A DNA stretch of 51,488 nucleotides, taken from the NCBI GenBank assembly GCA_945883395.1, contig CAMCXP010000002.1, positions 1-51,488 of the forward strand. Reading direction: 5' to 3'. The stretch is from Melioribacter roseus P3M-2 (GTDB lineage Bacteria; Bacteroidota; Ignavibacteria; Kapaibacteriales; Kapaibacteriaceae). A program made the position numbers and the translations under genes. The notes below the pieces were generated by a model. It was not told the origin of the DNA, did not search any database, and saw only the letters and a list, made by a program, of their open reading frames with translations. Of this stretch, positions 28,431 to 37,527 are shown piece after piece. Numbering within the stretch: the first letter of the stretch is position 1; each line of letters opens with the position of its first letter.

Positions 28431-30271
28431 TGTACTCCATTGAACAACGCGATACCGATCTGCGCGGCACAACGTCGGCCATCACCTACACGCTTAGCTT
28501 TGATCGTGCACCACAGCACCTTGTGCATGTGCGCATGCGCGTCGATCAGGTTGCAGGGGATGCTGTAACACTCGTGATGCCGTCATGGTCGCCGGGTAGT
28601 TACAAGATCCGTGACTACGCCGGACATCAGGGGAATGTTGTCGCCTATGCCGTAAAGGGCGGAGTGCGCACGCGCGTTGATGCATCGTGGCGCGACAAAG
28701 CGTCGCTTGTTGTGCCAACGCTCGGTGCCGAGGCAATCGAGGTAGAGTATCTCGTCTATTGCCACGAGCGCACTGTTCGTACCAACCACGTCAATCGCTT
28801 CCACGCGTTTCTTGTGCCAACAGCTATTTGTATGTACGTCGAGGGGCGCACGCAGGAGATCCATCACGTGCGTCTGATGCATACCCAGACACAGTGGCCG
28901 AGCGTTTCCACAGCGCTTTCGCCGGTTGCTGCGCCAGGTGCCGACGGTGTGCTGCTGGGTGCGTTGAACTACGACATTCTCGCAGACTCACCGATTGAGA
29001 TTGGTGACCATCACGTGCGCACATTTACAGCAGCTGGTGCGATGCACGAAGTGGCGATGCCCACAAATCATGCACTCGACATCGATTGGCTAACTGCGCA
29101 GTGCGAACGCATTGTGAAGGTCGAAGCAGAGATCTTCGGTGGTGTGCCGTACGACCGTTACGTGTTCATCATTCAGATCTATCCTGGAGCAGGTGGCGGC
29201 TTGGAGCATGCACGCATGAGCGTGAACGCAGTTGACCCATCGACGCTGCTCGATGCATCGAAGGTAATCGGACTGTTGTCGCTGTTGTGCCACGAGTACT
29301 TCCACTTGTGGAATGTCAAGCGCATGCGACCAGTAGAGCTGGGTCCGTTCGACTATACACACGAAACATACACGCCCATGCTTTGGCTTGCAGAAGGCCT
29401 CACCTCGTACTACGATGATCTTCTCGCGTATCGCTGTGGCTTTACGACAGAAACAGCCTACGTCGAGGCGCTATCGAAGGAGCACATTGCGCGTCTTGCT
29501 GCTGTTCCCGGACGATTTGCGATGTCGACACGGGATAGCTCCTATCTCGCATGGCTGAAACTCTACATGCAAAGTCCTGATGGGAACAACCGCTTCCCAT
29601 CGTACTACCTCAAGGGTGGCGTCGCGATGTTCCTGCTCGATGCATACATCATTGATCATAGCGATGGCACGTACTCGCTCGACGATGCACTGCGCGGAAT
29701 GTGGAAGCGCTATCAGGCCGATCCATCGCGTGGTATGACCGAGGACGAGTGCATTGCCATTATCGAAGAATCAACCAAGATCCAAGTACGCGATCGCGTG
29801 CTGAGTTGGCTCAGTGGCATTGATGAGCTTCCGTACGAGGAAATTCTCACGCCGCTCGGACTGCGTGTTGAGACAACAGCGAAGAAGTCTGAGCCCGTGA
29901 CCATCGGTGAGAAGATCCCATTTGCACGTGTACCTGCAGCACCGTACTGCGGCTGGGGGCTTGCTGAGTCGAATGGCAAGATCACCGTGCGTTCGGTTGA
30001 TGATAACGCCCCCGCTGCCCAGGCAGGGATCGGGATCGACGATGAGATCATTGCCGTCAACGATAAGCGTGTGTCGACAATCGCACAGCTCGATCACTAT
30101 CTTGGCACTGCTATTGGAACGGCAGCAACGATTGATGCGCATTGTGACGGTCGACTCTACAGCGTGTCGCTCACACCAGTCGCACCACCATCTGTCCGCC
30201 TCGTTGAAATAGAATCCCCAAGCTCGCGTCAGAAGCTCATGCGCGAACGCTGGCTGCGCCGAAATCTGTGA
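28430..30271 (+). CDS. M61 family glycyl aminopeptidase with C-terminal PDZ domain
   Basis: LLCHEYFHLWNVKRMRP (HExxH plus the M61-typical context); PDZ-like AQAGIGIDDEIIAVND; ~610 aa. Confidence 0.8.
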   Translation: MYSIEQRDTDLRGTTSAITYTLSFDRAPQHLVHVRMRVDQVAGDAVTLVMPSWSPGSYKIRDYAGHQGNVVAYAVKGGVRTRVDASWRDKASLVVPTLGAEAIEVEYLVYCHERTVRTNHVNRFHAFLVPTAICMYVEGRTQEIHHVRLMHTQTQWPSVSTALSPVAAPGADGVLLGALNYDILADSPIEIGDHHVRTFTAAGAMHEVAMPTNHALDIDWLTAQCERIVKVEAEIFGGVPYDRYVFIIQIYPGAGGGLEHARMSVNAVDPSTLLDASKVIGLLSLLCHEYFHLWNVKRMRPVELGPFDYTHETYTPMLWLAEGLTSYYDDLLAYRCGFTTETAYVEALSKEHIARLAAVPGRFAMSTRDSSYLAWLKLYMQSPDGNNRFPSYYLKGGVAMFLLDAYIIDHSDGTYSLDDALRGMWKRYQADPSRGMTEDECIAIIEESTKIQVRDRVLSWLSGIDELPYEEILTPLGLRVETTAKKSEPVTIGEKIPFARVPAAPYCGWGLAESNGKITVRSVDDNAPAAQAGIGIDDEIIAVNDKRVSTIAQLDHYLGTAIGTAATIDAHCDGRLYSVSLTPVAPPSVRLVEIESPSSRQKLMRERWLRRNL

Positions 30272-32370
30272 CCTCACTCCGTACCATCATTGCTTCCGTT
30301 GTTACTCTGGCCATTGCCGTCGGACTGCAGGGGTGTGCCTGGTTTGATAACCAAACCACGTACTTCAACACCTACTACAACATGCGGCGTGTGATGACGG
30401 AAGTGAAGGAAGACTTTGCGTTTCAGGACGAGAATAAGCGCATCAAGCCTCGGGTGCTTGTCCCTGCCGTCGACAGTCTTAAGCTCATCTCGGGTCCACC
30501 CAAGAATACCACATACCAGTTCCTGCGAGCCTTCGTTATCGAGCGTGCCAAGCTGCAGCCCATGGCAACAAAGGTCGACTCGATTCTTATCAAGGGGTCG
30601 AAGGTCGTTGCGAATCACCCCAAGTCGCACTATGTCGAAGGCTCACTCTTCTTGATGGCCGAAGCCTACTTCTTCCGATCCGAGTGGGTGCCGTCGCAAC
30701 AGAAGTGCATTGAACTCATTGAGCGGTATACCGACGGCGATTTTTCGCCCGACGCACACCTTCTGCTCTCGAAGGACTATCTCATGCAGCGCAAGATGAC
30801 GCAAGGCAAGCAGTTGCTCTCGCGAACCGTCGACGTTGCGTGGTATAAGGATCGCTACGACATCCTCTCCGAGGCGTATCGTATTCAGGCCGAGATGGCA
30901 ATTGAGGACGGTGAGATCGACAACGCCGTCAATCCGTATAAGCAGGCCATTGAGCAGTGTGATGATGGTGAACAGCGCGCGCGCTGGCAGGTCGATCTGG
31001 CATCGATCTACTATCGACTTGGAAAGTACGAGCTCGCTGAGCGCGCGTTTGCTGGGGTCCATAACGAAACGCCCGATGCACTGGCAACCTTTGAAGCCGA
31101 TCTCTATCGAGGTGCAACGCTTGCACATCTAGGCAAGTTTGCAGAGGCAGCAGAGATCTTCGATGAGCTCGCCGATAACCGCAATTACCAAGAGTGGAAG
31201 TCGTATATCGAAGCCGAGCGCCTCGCGTTAGAACGACTCAAGAATCCTGATCCGAAAGATCCCGCCCAGATAGCCCAAGAGCGCATGGCTGACACATCCT
31301 ACGTGGGACGTCCAGAGCTGATGGCGCAGTCGTTCCAGAAGGGTATGAGTTTATTCAAGACTGGCGACTATCACGATGCGCTGAAGTACTTTGCCAAGGC
31401 CAAGGTTGTGCGCACACCCGTATACGATGTGGCGAACAAGTACTTCACGCTGCTCAAGCAATGGGACGATCAACAACGCAAGGTTCGCAGCATCAATCAG
31501 ATGCTTGCCATCGATACCACGCACAAGGACTCGCTTAACCGACAGAAGTCGCTCGAATTGTTTGCGCTCGGTCGTGTCCACGAACAAATGGAGAATACCG
31601 ATTCCGCGCTGTTCTATTATGGTCGCGCCTTTGATGGAACATCCGACGGTGATCCCCAGAAGGGACGTTATATGTTCTCGCAAGCGCGTGTGATTCAGCA
31701 AACTGATCCTGAAGCCGCCGATTCACTCTTCGAGATTATCTCCAGCCGCTGGCCCAACTCCGAGTTTGCCAAGCAGGCCTCGGCCAACCTCGGATTCCTC
31801 GATCAGGGTGGGGTAGATGATGCCGTAGAGCTGTATCGGTCTGGAAACAGCTTCCGCATGGTGAGAGACTACACCTATGCCAAGCGTCAGTATATGTCGA
31901 TCGTTGAGAAATTCCCCGAACACCCCTATGCAGCCAAGGCCCTCTACGCCATCGGATGGATGTACGAACGTGATCGTGATATGAATGACTCTGCAATGGT
32001 GTACTACGCTAACCTGCTGGAATCATACCCACGTTCTGAGTACGCTAAAGAAATCTATGCCAGCTATGAGTTCGCCATGGCCAAGATCAACGGGGTAGAA
32101 GCCGACTCCAACCTGTTGCGCGACCTCGATCAGGAGCTGCTCGACAAAGCGAAGGCCGGCGAGGAAGATGTGCTTCAGCAGCTCATCAAGAACAACCAGA
32201 ATGCCATACAGATGAGCGGACCAAACGCTGCGCTGCCAAACATCCCAGGATTGACACCACCAAGCGGGGGAACGGTCAACGACATGCTACAGCAGCAACT
32301 CAAGAATGCCACGGGCAAGGTAGTTGGATCGGATTCGACACAGGTGTCACGCCCCTTACCGCCCAAATAA
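30268..32370 (+). CDS. Tetratricopeptide-repeat lipoprotein
   Basis: GTG start overlapping the upstream stop (GTGA). Lipobox-like AVGLQGC. Multiple TPR-like helices (AEAYFFRSEW, LASIYYRLGKYELAERAF, ALYAIGWMYERDRDMNDSAMVYY). Confidence 0.65.
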   Translation: MTSLRTIIASVVTLAIAVGLQGCAWFDNQTTYFNTYYNMRRVMTEVKEDFAFQDENKRIKPRVLVPAVDSLKLISGPPKNTTYQFLRAFVIERAKLQPMATKVDSILIKGSKVVANHPKSHYVEGSLFLMAEAYFFRSEWVPSQQKCIELIERYTDGDFSPDAHLLLSKDYLMQRKMTQGKQLLSRTVDVAWYKDRYDILSEAYRIQAEMAIEDGEIDNAVNPYKQAIEQCDDGEQRARWQVDLASIYYRLGKYELAERAFAGVHNETPDALATFEADLYRGATLAHLGKFAEAAEIFDELADNRNYQEWKSYIEAERLALERLKNPDPKDPAQIAQERMADTSYVGRPELMAQSFQKGMSLFKTGDYHDALKYFAKAKVVRTPVYDVANKYFTLLKQWDDQQRKVRSINQMLAIDTTHKDSLNRQKSLELFALGRVHEQMENTDSALFYYGRAFDGTSDGDPQKGRYMFSQARVIQQTDPEAADSLFEIISSRWPNSEFAKQASANLGFLDQGGVDDAVELYRSGNSFRMVRDYTYAKRQYMSIVEKFPEHPYAAKALYAIGWMYERDRDMNDSAMVYYANLLESYPRSEYAKEIYASYEFAMAKINGVEADSNLLRDLDQELLDKAKAGEEDVLQQLIKNNQNAIQMSGPNAALPNIPGLTPPSGGTVNDMLQQQLKNATGKVVGSDSTQVSRPLPPK

Positions 32371-32381
32371 GCAGCTGGGAA

Positions 32382-32687
32382 TCAGCATTCGACTTGGGTA
32401 TGGAGCGCGATCTCTTCAAGGATGCCCGACACCCGCAGACACTGCGGCAAATCGCCCTCGAAGACCATGGCTTTGCCGGTTGAATGCACCTCAAAGGTCA
32501 AACCTTCGGCATGAGCATAGGAGCAGCCGGTGGCCGCGATGATTTGTCCGATCACCTCGTTAAAGGTGTGTTCCTCGTCGTTGAAGAGGATAACACGAGC
32601 CGCAAGGCCGATCCCTGTGAGGACCTCTTGTTCTGGATCGGCCCACTCGAAGGGGCCTGCGTGCATGTCCGAGACTATTCGTTGCAT
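32382..32687 (-). CDS. clpS: ATP-dependent Clp protease adaptor ClpS
   Basis: [20 protein letters not shown] is the ClpS core motif, and ~100 aa is the family size. The 239-aa track ORF is an upstream read-through. ATG 32687 has a TAnnTTTG box 11 nt upstream; the alternative ATG is 32666. Confidence 0.75.
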   Translation of the reverse strand: MQRIVSDMHAGPFEWADPEQEVLTGIGLAARVILFNDEEHTFNEVIGQIIAATGCSYAHAEGLTFEVHSTGKAMVFEGDLPQCLRVSGILEEIALHTQVEC

Positions 32688-32698
32688 AACGTCAGTTA

Positions 32699-32706
32699 CA
32701 AAACTA
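32699..32706 (-). promoter_or_regulatory. Candidate -7 promoter box (TAGTTTTG) for clpS
   Basis: Minus-strand TAGTTTTG matches TAnnTTTG and lies 11 nt upstream of the clpS ATG. Confidence 0.35.
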
Positions 32707-32716
32707 CGAAAAGACC

Positions 32717-32724
32717 TATCTTTG
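32717..32724 (+). promoter_or_regulatory. Candidate -7 promoter box (TATCTTTG) for the CADD-like gene and downstream string
   Basis: TATCTTTG matches TAnnTTTG and lies 23 nt upstream of ATG 32748, divergent from the clpS box. Confidence 0.35.
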
Positions 32725-32747
32725 TCGATCACGAATCGCAATCCACA

Positions 32748-33458
32748 ATGTCCGAGGACAACCTCATGACCACTGCAGAATTCCTGCAAAAGCTCGACGA
32801 GATCGTTGCTGAGCGACACATGCTGCAACACCCGTTCTACCAAATGTGGAACGAGGGGGCACTCACGAAGGAAATGCTTCGCCAGTACGCTGGTGAGTAC
32901 TACCATCAGGTGCATGCATTCCCAACGTATGTGAGCGCTACGCACGCAAACACGGAAGACATGGTTGTTCGCCAAATGCTGCTCGAAAACTTGATCGAAG
33001 AAGAGCACGGCCCGGACAACCATCCGGAACTCTGGCTTCGCTTTGCTGAAGAGCTTGGTCTCACACGCGAAGAAGTCAAGGAACGCCGATTCCTCGAGCA
33101 CACACGCAACTCTGTACGCATCCTGCGGGAATTGTCGGGTCGTAGCAACCCTTCTGAAGGCCTCGCAGCGCTCTACGCGTACGAGTCACAGATCCCGGAG
33201 ATCTCGACAACGAAGATCGAAGGTTTGAAGAAGTGGTACGATCTCGACACAAAGAATGCCCTCGAATTCTTCGTAGTGCACGAGCATGCAGACGAAATCC
33301 ACCGCACAGTAACGCGCGAAGCACTCGAGCGCATGTGTATCACGGACGAGCAAAAGCAAGCTGCACTCGATGCTGCTCGCGAAGCTGCGGATGCATTTAA
33401 TCTGCTCCTCGATGGTGTTTATAACACGTGGTGCGCGGAGAAGACTGCGCTCAATTGA
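32748..33458 (+). CDS. CADD/CT610-like heme-oxygenase-fold di-metal oxygenase (putative p-aminobenzoate synthase type)
   Basis: [68 protein letters not shown] and VHEHADEIH are co-linear with my recollection of Chlamydia CT610. The track start 32484 is an antisense-of-clpS extension. Confidence 0.75.
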   Translation: MSEDNLMTTAEFLQKLDEIVAERHMLQHPFYQMWNEGALTKEMLRQYAGEYYHQVHAFPTYVSATHANTEDMVVRQMLLENLIEEEHGPDNHPELWLRFAEELGLTREEVKERRFLEHTRNSVRILRELSGRSNPSEGLAALYAYESQIPEISTTKIEGLKKWYDLDTKNALEFFVVHEHADEIHRTVTREALERMCITDEQKQAALDAAREAADAFNLLLDGVYNTWCAEKTALN

Positions 33459-33474
33459 GCACGGTGACAGTTCA

Positions 33475-34383
33475 ATGTGTCGCTTCGTAGCCTATATCGG
33501 TCCATCGATCCTTGCGGATGATCTTCTGTATAAACCCAAGTTTTCCTTGGTGACTGCGCAGACGATGAATGCAGGTGAAATGTCGGTGACGGTCAATGGC
33601 GATGGATTTGGTATCGGATTTTACGCACCTGAGTTGGACAACGAACCGTGCGTCTTCCGAAGTATCAAGCCAGCATGGAGCGACCAAAACTTGAAGAGTC
33701 TTGCGAGGAAGGTATATTCCCCGTGCATGTTCGCACACGTTCGTGCAGCATCACCGCGGATGCCGGTGGAAGAGAACAACTCACACCCGTTCTCGTGCGG
33801 ACAGTTGATGTTCATGCATAACGGTGTGGTAGGGGGCTTCCAAAGCATCCGGCGGAAACTTCTCCGAGGGCTCAGCGATGCGGCGTATGATGCCATACAA
33901 GGAAGCACGGATTCCGAGCACTTGTTTGGTCTGTTCGTAAACAACCTTGCAGATCCTCACGGCAACGTGACCTGCGAAGAGATGGTGCATGCCGTAAAGG
34001 GCATGTTCGCCGGCCTCGACACACTCCTCACGGATGCATCGGTTCGTCAGCATTCCTATCTCAACTTCGCAGTCACCAACGGTACAAGTCTGATAGCAGT
34101 GCGCTACACAACGAATCCTAATGTGCAGCCTGCTTCACTCTACTACATGCATGGACGTGAGTATCACTGTGTTGGCGATCATTGCGTGATGGAGTCGTCG
34201 TATGGAAAGCCGAGCGCCATTGTTGTGGCATCGGAACCATTCACGGCACGGCGTGCAGATTGGATGAAGGTTGAACGCAATTCGATGATGGTGGTTGATG
34301 AAACGATGGGTATTCAGTTCCATCATCTATCGATGAACGTCGAAAACTTGGACTTTGAGACAATAGCTCCGGAAATCGGATGA
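33475..34383 (+). CDS. Class II (Ntn, Cys1) glutamine amidotransferase / amidohydrolase, YafJ/EgtC-like
   Basis: MCRFVAYIG (Met-Cys N-terminal nucleophile), FAHVRAAS, NSHPF, LMFMHNGVVGGF. ATG 33475; the track start 33370 would bury Cys1. Confidence 0.8.
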   Translation: MCRFVAYIGPSILADDLLYKPKFSLVTAQTMNAGEMSVTVNGDGFGIGFYAPELDNEPCVFRSIKPAWSDQNLKSLARKVYSPCMFAHVRAASPRMPVEENNSHPFSCGQLMFMHNGVVGGFQSIRRKLLRGLSDAAYDAIQGSTDSEHLFGLFVNNLADPHGNVTCEEMVHAVKGMFAGLDTLLTDASVRQHSYLNFAVTNGTSLIAVRYTTNPNVQPASLYYMHGREYHCVGDHCVMESSYGKPSAIVVASEPFTARRADWMKVERNSMMVVDETMGIQFHHLSMNVENLDFETIAPEIG

Positions 34384-36338
34384 ACTACGCACAACTGATC
34401 CCGCTCTTCCCCCTTATCGGCTTTGTCGTCGTTGCCCTCTTTGGCAAGCGGATGAACAATGAAAAGCTTGTTGGGGGCATTGCAAGCACGGCAATCCTTG
34501 CCAGCTTTGTCATCGCAGTGGCAACCTTCCTCGGGTTGACGGCACTGCCAGTCGATCAGCGCTCCTTCACCGTGAAGGTGTACGAGTGGATCGCAACGGG
34601 GAACTTCAGCGTGAACATCGGCTATCAGTTCGACCAACTGTCGATTCTGTTTACGATGATCATCACGGGTATCGGCTTCCTGATTCATATCTACTCGATC
34701 GGGTACATGCACGGCGATAAGAGCTTCCCGCGCTTCTTCGCCTATCTGAACCTCTTCGTGTTCATGATGTTGAACCTTGTTCTCGCCGATAACTTCCTGC
34801 TGACCTTCCTTGGTTGGGAAGGCGTGGGCCTGGCGTCGTACCTGCTCATCGGGTTCTGGTACGATCGGAAGTTCGATGGTACGCGTATTACATGGACGGG
34901 CGACGCTGCGATGAAGGCCTTTGTGGTAAACCGCATTGGTGATTTTGGTGTGTTGATCGCAATGTTCATGTTATTCAATCAGTTCGGTACGCTTAACTAT
35001 GCAGACATTAACGCTCAGGCTCCATCAGTATGGGGCATCGGCGATACGACAGTCACGATCATCACGCTATTGTTGTTCTTAGGAACAACTGGTAAGAGCG
35101 CTCAGATCCCTCTCGGCGTGTGGCTTCCAGACGCGATGGCGGGTCCGACACCGGTGTCGGCGCTCATCCACGCTGCAACGATGGTGACGTCGGGCATCTT
35201 CCTGATCGCTCGCACAAACGTGCTCTTCACGCTCTCGCCAACAACAATGGCCGTGATCACCGGTGTCGGTATCACAACAGCTCTCGTTGCCGGTACCATC
35301 GGTATCGTCCAGCGCGACATCAAGAAGATTCTTGCATACTCAACAGTGTCGCAGCTTGGTTTCATGTTTATGGCACTCGGCGTCGGAGCGTTCACAGCGG
35401 CGGTATTCCACGTGATGACGCACGCCTTCTTCAAAGCCCTCTTGTTCCTCGGTTCGGGATCAGTGATCCACGGCATGCACGAGGAGCAGGACATCTTCAA
35501 GATGGGCGGTTTGAAGAAGTACATGCCGATTACGTATCGCACGTTCTTCATTGGTACACTCGCGATCTCAGGTATTCCGTTCTTGTCGGGATTCTTCTCG
35601 AAGGATGAAATCCTGTGGTTCGCATTCCTTAACGGTAGTCCGATCCTGTGGGGTGTTGGCGCACTGGCGGCCTTCACAACAGCATTCTACATGTGGCGTT
35701 GTACAACGCTCACATTTGATGGCGAAGAGCGCTTCGATCACCACCACGTGCATCCACACGAGTCGCCGGCAACGATGACGATCCCGTTGATCGTCCTTGC
35801 TATCCTCTCGGTGTTCGGTGGTCTTCTTGGCGTGCCGCACGTGCTTGGACATTACGTGCATATCCCGAATCTCCTCGAGCACTGGCTCGAGCCGATCTTT
35901 GCAGCAGGTACAGCGATGTTGCCTGTGCATGGCGGCGACCACACATCGCAGGAATTCCTGCTGATGGGTGTGTCAACAGTTCTTGCAGTCCTGGGTATTC
36001 TCTTCGCACGTAACGTGTACAAGAACGGACTCGACAAGGCCACTGCTATGGCTGCGAAAATGTCTGGACTGCATAAGCTGCTTTGGAATAAATACTACGT
36101 TGATGAAGTCTACCACATGGTGATCGCACAGCCAATCCTTGCGTTCTCTCGCGATGCGTTGTGGAAGATCGTCGACGTTGTGCTGATTGATGGTGTCGTT
36201 AATGGCTCTGCGCGCTTGGTTGGTGCTACAGGATCGGTAATCCGTAAGGCACAAAGCGGCGTTGCGCAGAACTATGCACTCGTGATGATGGTCGGCATCG
36301 TGGTGCTGATTGCTATCGTGCTTCTTCCGCTGCTGTAA
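34380..36338 (+). CDS. nuoL: NADH-quinone oxidoreductase subunit L-type proton-translocating antiporter-like protein, not flanked by other nuo genes
   Basis: GWEGVGLASYLLIGFWY, SAQIPLGVWLPDAMAGPTPVSALIHAATMVTSG, and a C-terminal lateral-helix/anchor region NKYYVDEVYHMVI...IDGVVNGSARLVG. ATGA overlap with the upstream gene. Confidence 0.85.
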   Translation: MNYAQLIPLFPLIGFVVVALFGKRMNNEKLVGGIASTAILASFVIAVATFLGLTALPVDQRSFTVKVYEWIATGNFSVNIGYQFDQLSILFTMIITGIGFLIHIYSIGYMHGDKSFPRFFAYLNLFVFMMLNLVLADNFLLTFLGWEGVGLASYLLIGFWYDRKFDGTRITWTGDAAMKAFVVNRIGDFGVLIAMFMLFNQFGTLNYADINAQAPSVWGIGDTTVTIITLLLFLGTTGKSAQIPLGVWLPDAMAGPTPVSALIHAATMVTSGIFLIARTNVLFTLSPTTMAVITGVGITTALVAGTIGIVQRDIKKILAYSTVSQLGFMFMALGVGAFTAAVFHVMTHAFFKALLFLGSGSVIHGMHEEQDIFKMGGLKKYMPITYRTFFIGTLAISGIPFLSGFFSKDEILWFAFLNGSPILWGVGALAAFTTAFYMWRCTTLTFDGEERFDHHHVHPHESPATMTIPLIVLAILSVFGGLLGVPHVLGHYVHIPNLLEHWLEPIFAAGTAMLPVHGGDHTSQEFLLMGVSTVLAVLGILFARNVYKNGLDKATAMAAKMSGLHKLLWNKYYVDEVYHMVIAQPILAFSRDALWKIVDVVLIDGVVNGSARLVGATGSVIRKAQSGVAQNYALVMMVGIVVLIAIVLLPLL

Positions 36339-36342
36339 GTAC

Positions 36343-37053
36343 GTGTGTTACACGGTTTCCATCTTTGCGCAAACGCATGCGATTGAGACCGACACCGGAG
36401 CACTCTTTGAACATCCGGAAGACTATGAGCCGTACTATCACGTCTCTGGGTTTGCGCATCGGCGTCTCCCATTGATCACGAATGCGGATTCAGACACGCT
36501 TCAGATGTGTACGTGGGGTCTCATCCCTCGATGGACGAGGGACGACGAAGGGGCGAAGAAGATCCAAGCAATGACGTTAAATGCACGTCGCGAGACGGTG
36601 TTTGAAAAGCCCTCATTTCGCGATGCCATCGTCAAGCGTAGAGCCCTTCTGCCTGTAAATGGCTTTGTTGAATGGCATCATGAAGGATCTATCAAGCAGC
36701 CACACTATGTGCAGATACGATCGGCAGATCTTTTTACGCTGGGATGTGTTTGGGAAGACTGGACACATCCAGAGAGTGGGGAACTCCACCGAACGTTTTC
36801 AATTGTGACAACCGACGCCAACTTGTTGATGTCACACGTGCATAATGCGAAGCAACGTATGCCAGTGGTGATTCTTCCGAACGATCGTGAGCAATGGTTA
36901 CATGCTGACGATCGGGAGTTTCTTGAACCGTTGATGCGACCGTTAGAGGATGGACTGCTCCAAGCGTATCCAGTCACACGCGAAGTATCACGAATCGCGG
37001 TAAATACACGGGAGATTGAACTCTTGGAACCAGTTGGCGGCGTACAGACGTGA
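36343..37053 (+). CDS. SOS-response-associated peptidase (SRAP / YedK family, abasic-site DNA-protein crosslink protein)
   Basis: GTG 36343 followed directly by TGT gives the obligatory Met-Cys2 N-terminus (MCYTVSIF). WGLIPRW, TLNARRETV, KQRMPVVILP. Starts 4 nt after the nuoL stop. Confidence 0.8.
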   Translation: MCYTVSIFAQTHAIETDTGALFEHPEDYEPYYHVSGFAHRRLPLITNADSDTLQMCTWGLIPRWTRDDEGAKKIQAMTLNARRETVFEKPSFRDAIVKRRALLPVNGFVEWHHEGSIKQPHYVQIRSADLFTLGCVWEDWTHPESGELHRTFSIVTTDANLLMSHVHNAKQRMPVVILPNDREQWLHADDREFLEPLMRPLEDGLLQAYPVTREVSRIAVNTREIELLEPVGGVQT

Positions 37054-37523
37054 TAGTCGGTCTTGTTCTCGCGGCACTTCTGTCGATGTCCGTTCCGGAT
37101 ATCACGCTTGCCGACCTTGAACGTCGCTTTGCGGCTGGTTCCGATACGGTGTTTGTTGTGAATTTCTGGGCCACGTGGTGTGCGCCATGTGTGGCGGAAC
37201 TTCCAGCATTTGATCATCTGGCACGTACGTCAAGGTCGTACGGCCGTCCAGTGAAGGTTCTGTTGGTGAGTCTCGATGCACACCGCGATCGCAGCACAAC
37301 GCTCGAGCCGTTTGTTCGGAAACGTGCATATGCATGCGAGGTGGTTCGCCTCAATGAGACGTCGCCGCATCTATGGATTGATCGCGTCGATCCAGCGTGG
37401 CAGGGATCAATTCCGGCAACATGGATCGTGGCGCGTGATCGCAGGGTTTTACACGAGCGCGAGTTTACACGGCGCGAACTTATTGATACAGTGAAGAGTT
37501 TTCTGTCACGTTCACCACGGTGA
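37050..37523 (+). CDS. Membrane-anchored TlpA-like thiol-disulfide oxidoreductase
   Basis: N-terminal anchor MIVGLVLAALLSM; VVNFWATWCAPCVAELP (WCxxC thioredoxin motif). GTGA overlap with the upstream stop. Confidence 0.7.
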   Translation: MIVGLVLAALLSMSVPDITLADLERRFAAGSDTVFVVNFWATWCAPCVAELPAFDHLARTSRSYGRPVKVLLVSLDAHRDRSTTLEPFVRKRAYACEVVRLNETSPHLWIDRVDPAWQGSIPATWIVARDRRVLHEREFTRRELIDTVKSFLSRSPR

Positions 37524-37527
37524 GATC

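Noticed and set aside
32382-33101. 239-aa minus-strand ORF as a single gene.
   Set aside because: Only its last ~100 aa carry ClpS motifs. The upstream part is antisense to the well-supported CADD-like gene, and a promoter-like box sits just upstream of the internal ATG at 32687.
34380-36338. NuoL-type protein as DabB of a DAB CO2-uptake system, or as an Mrp antiporter subunit.
   Set aside because: No DUF2309/DabA-like or other mrp gene is present anywhere in the window. The C-terminal lateral-helix region looks like genuine NuoL. Left as an orphan nuoL pending whole-genome context.
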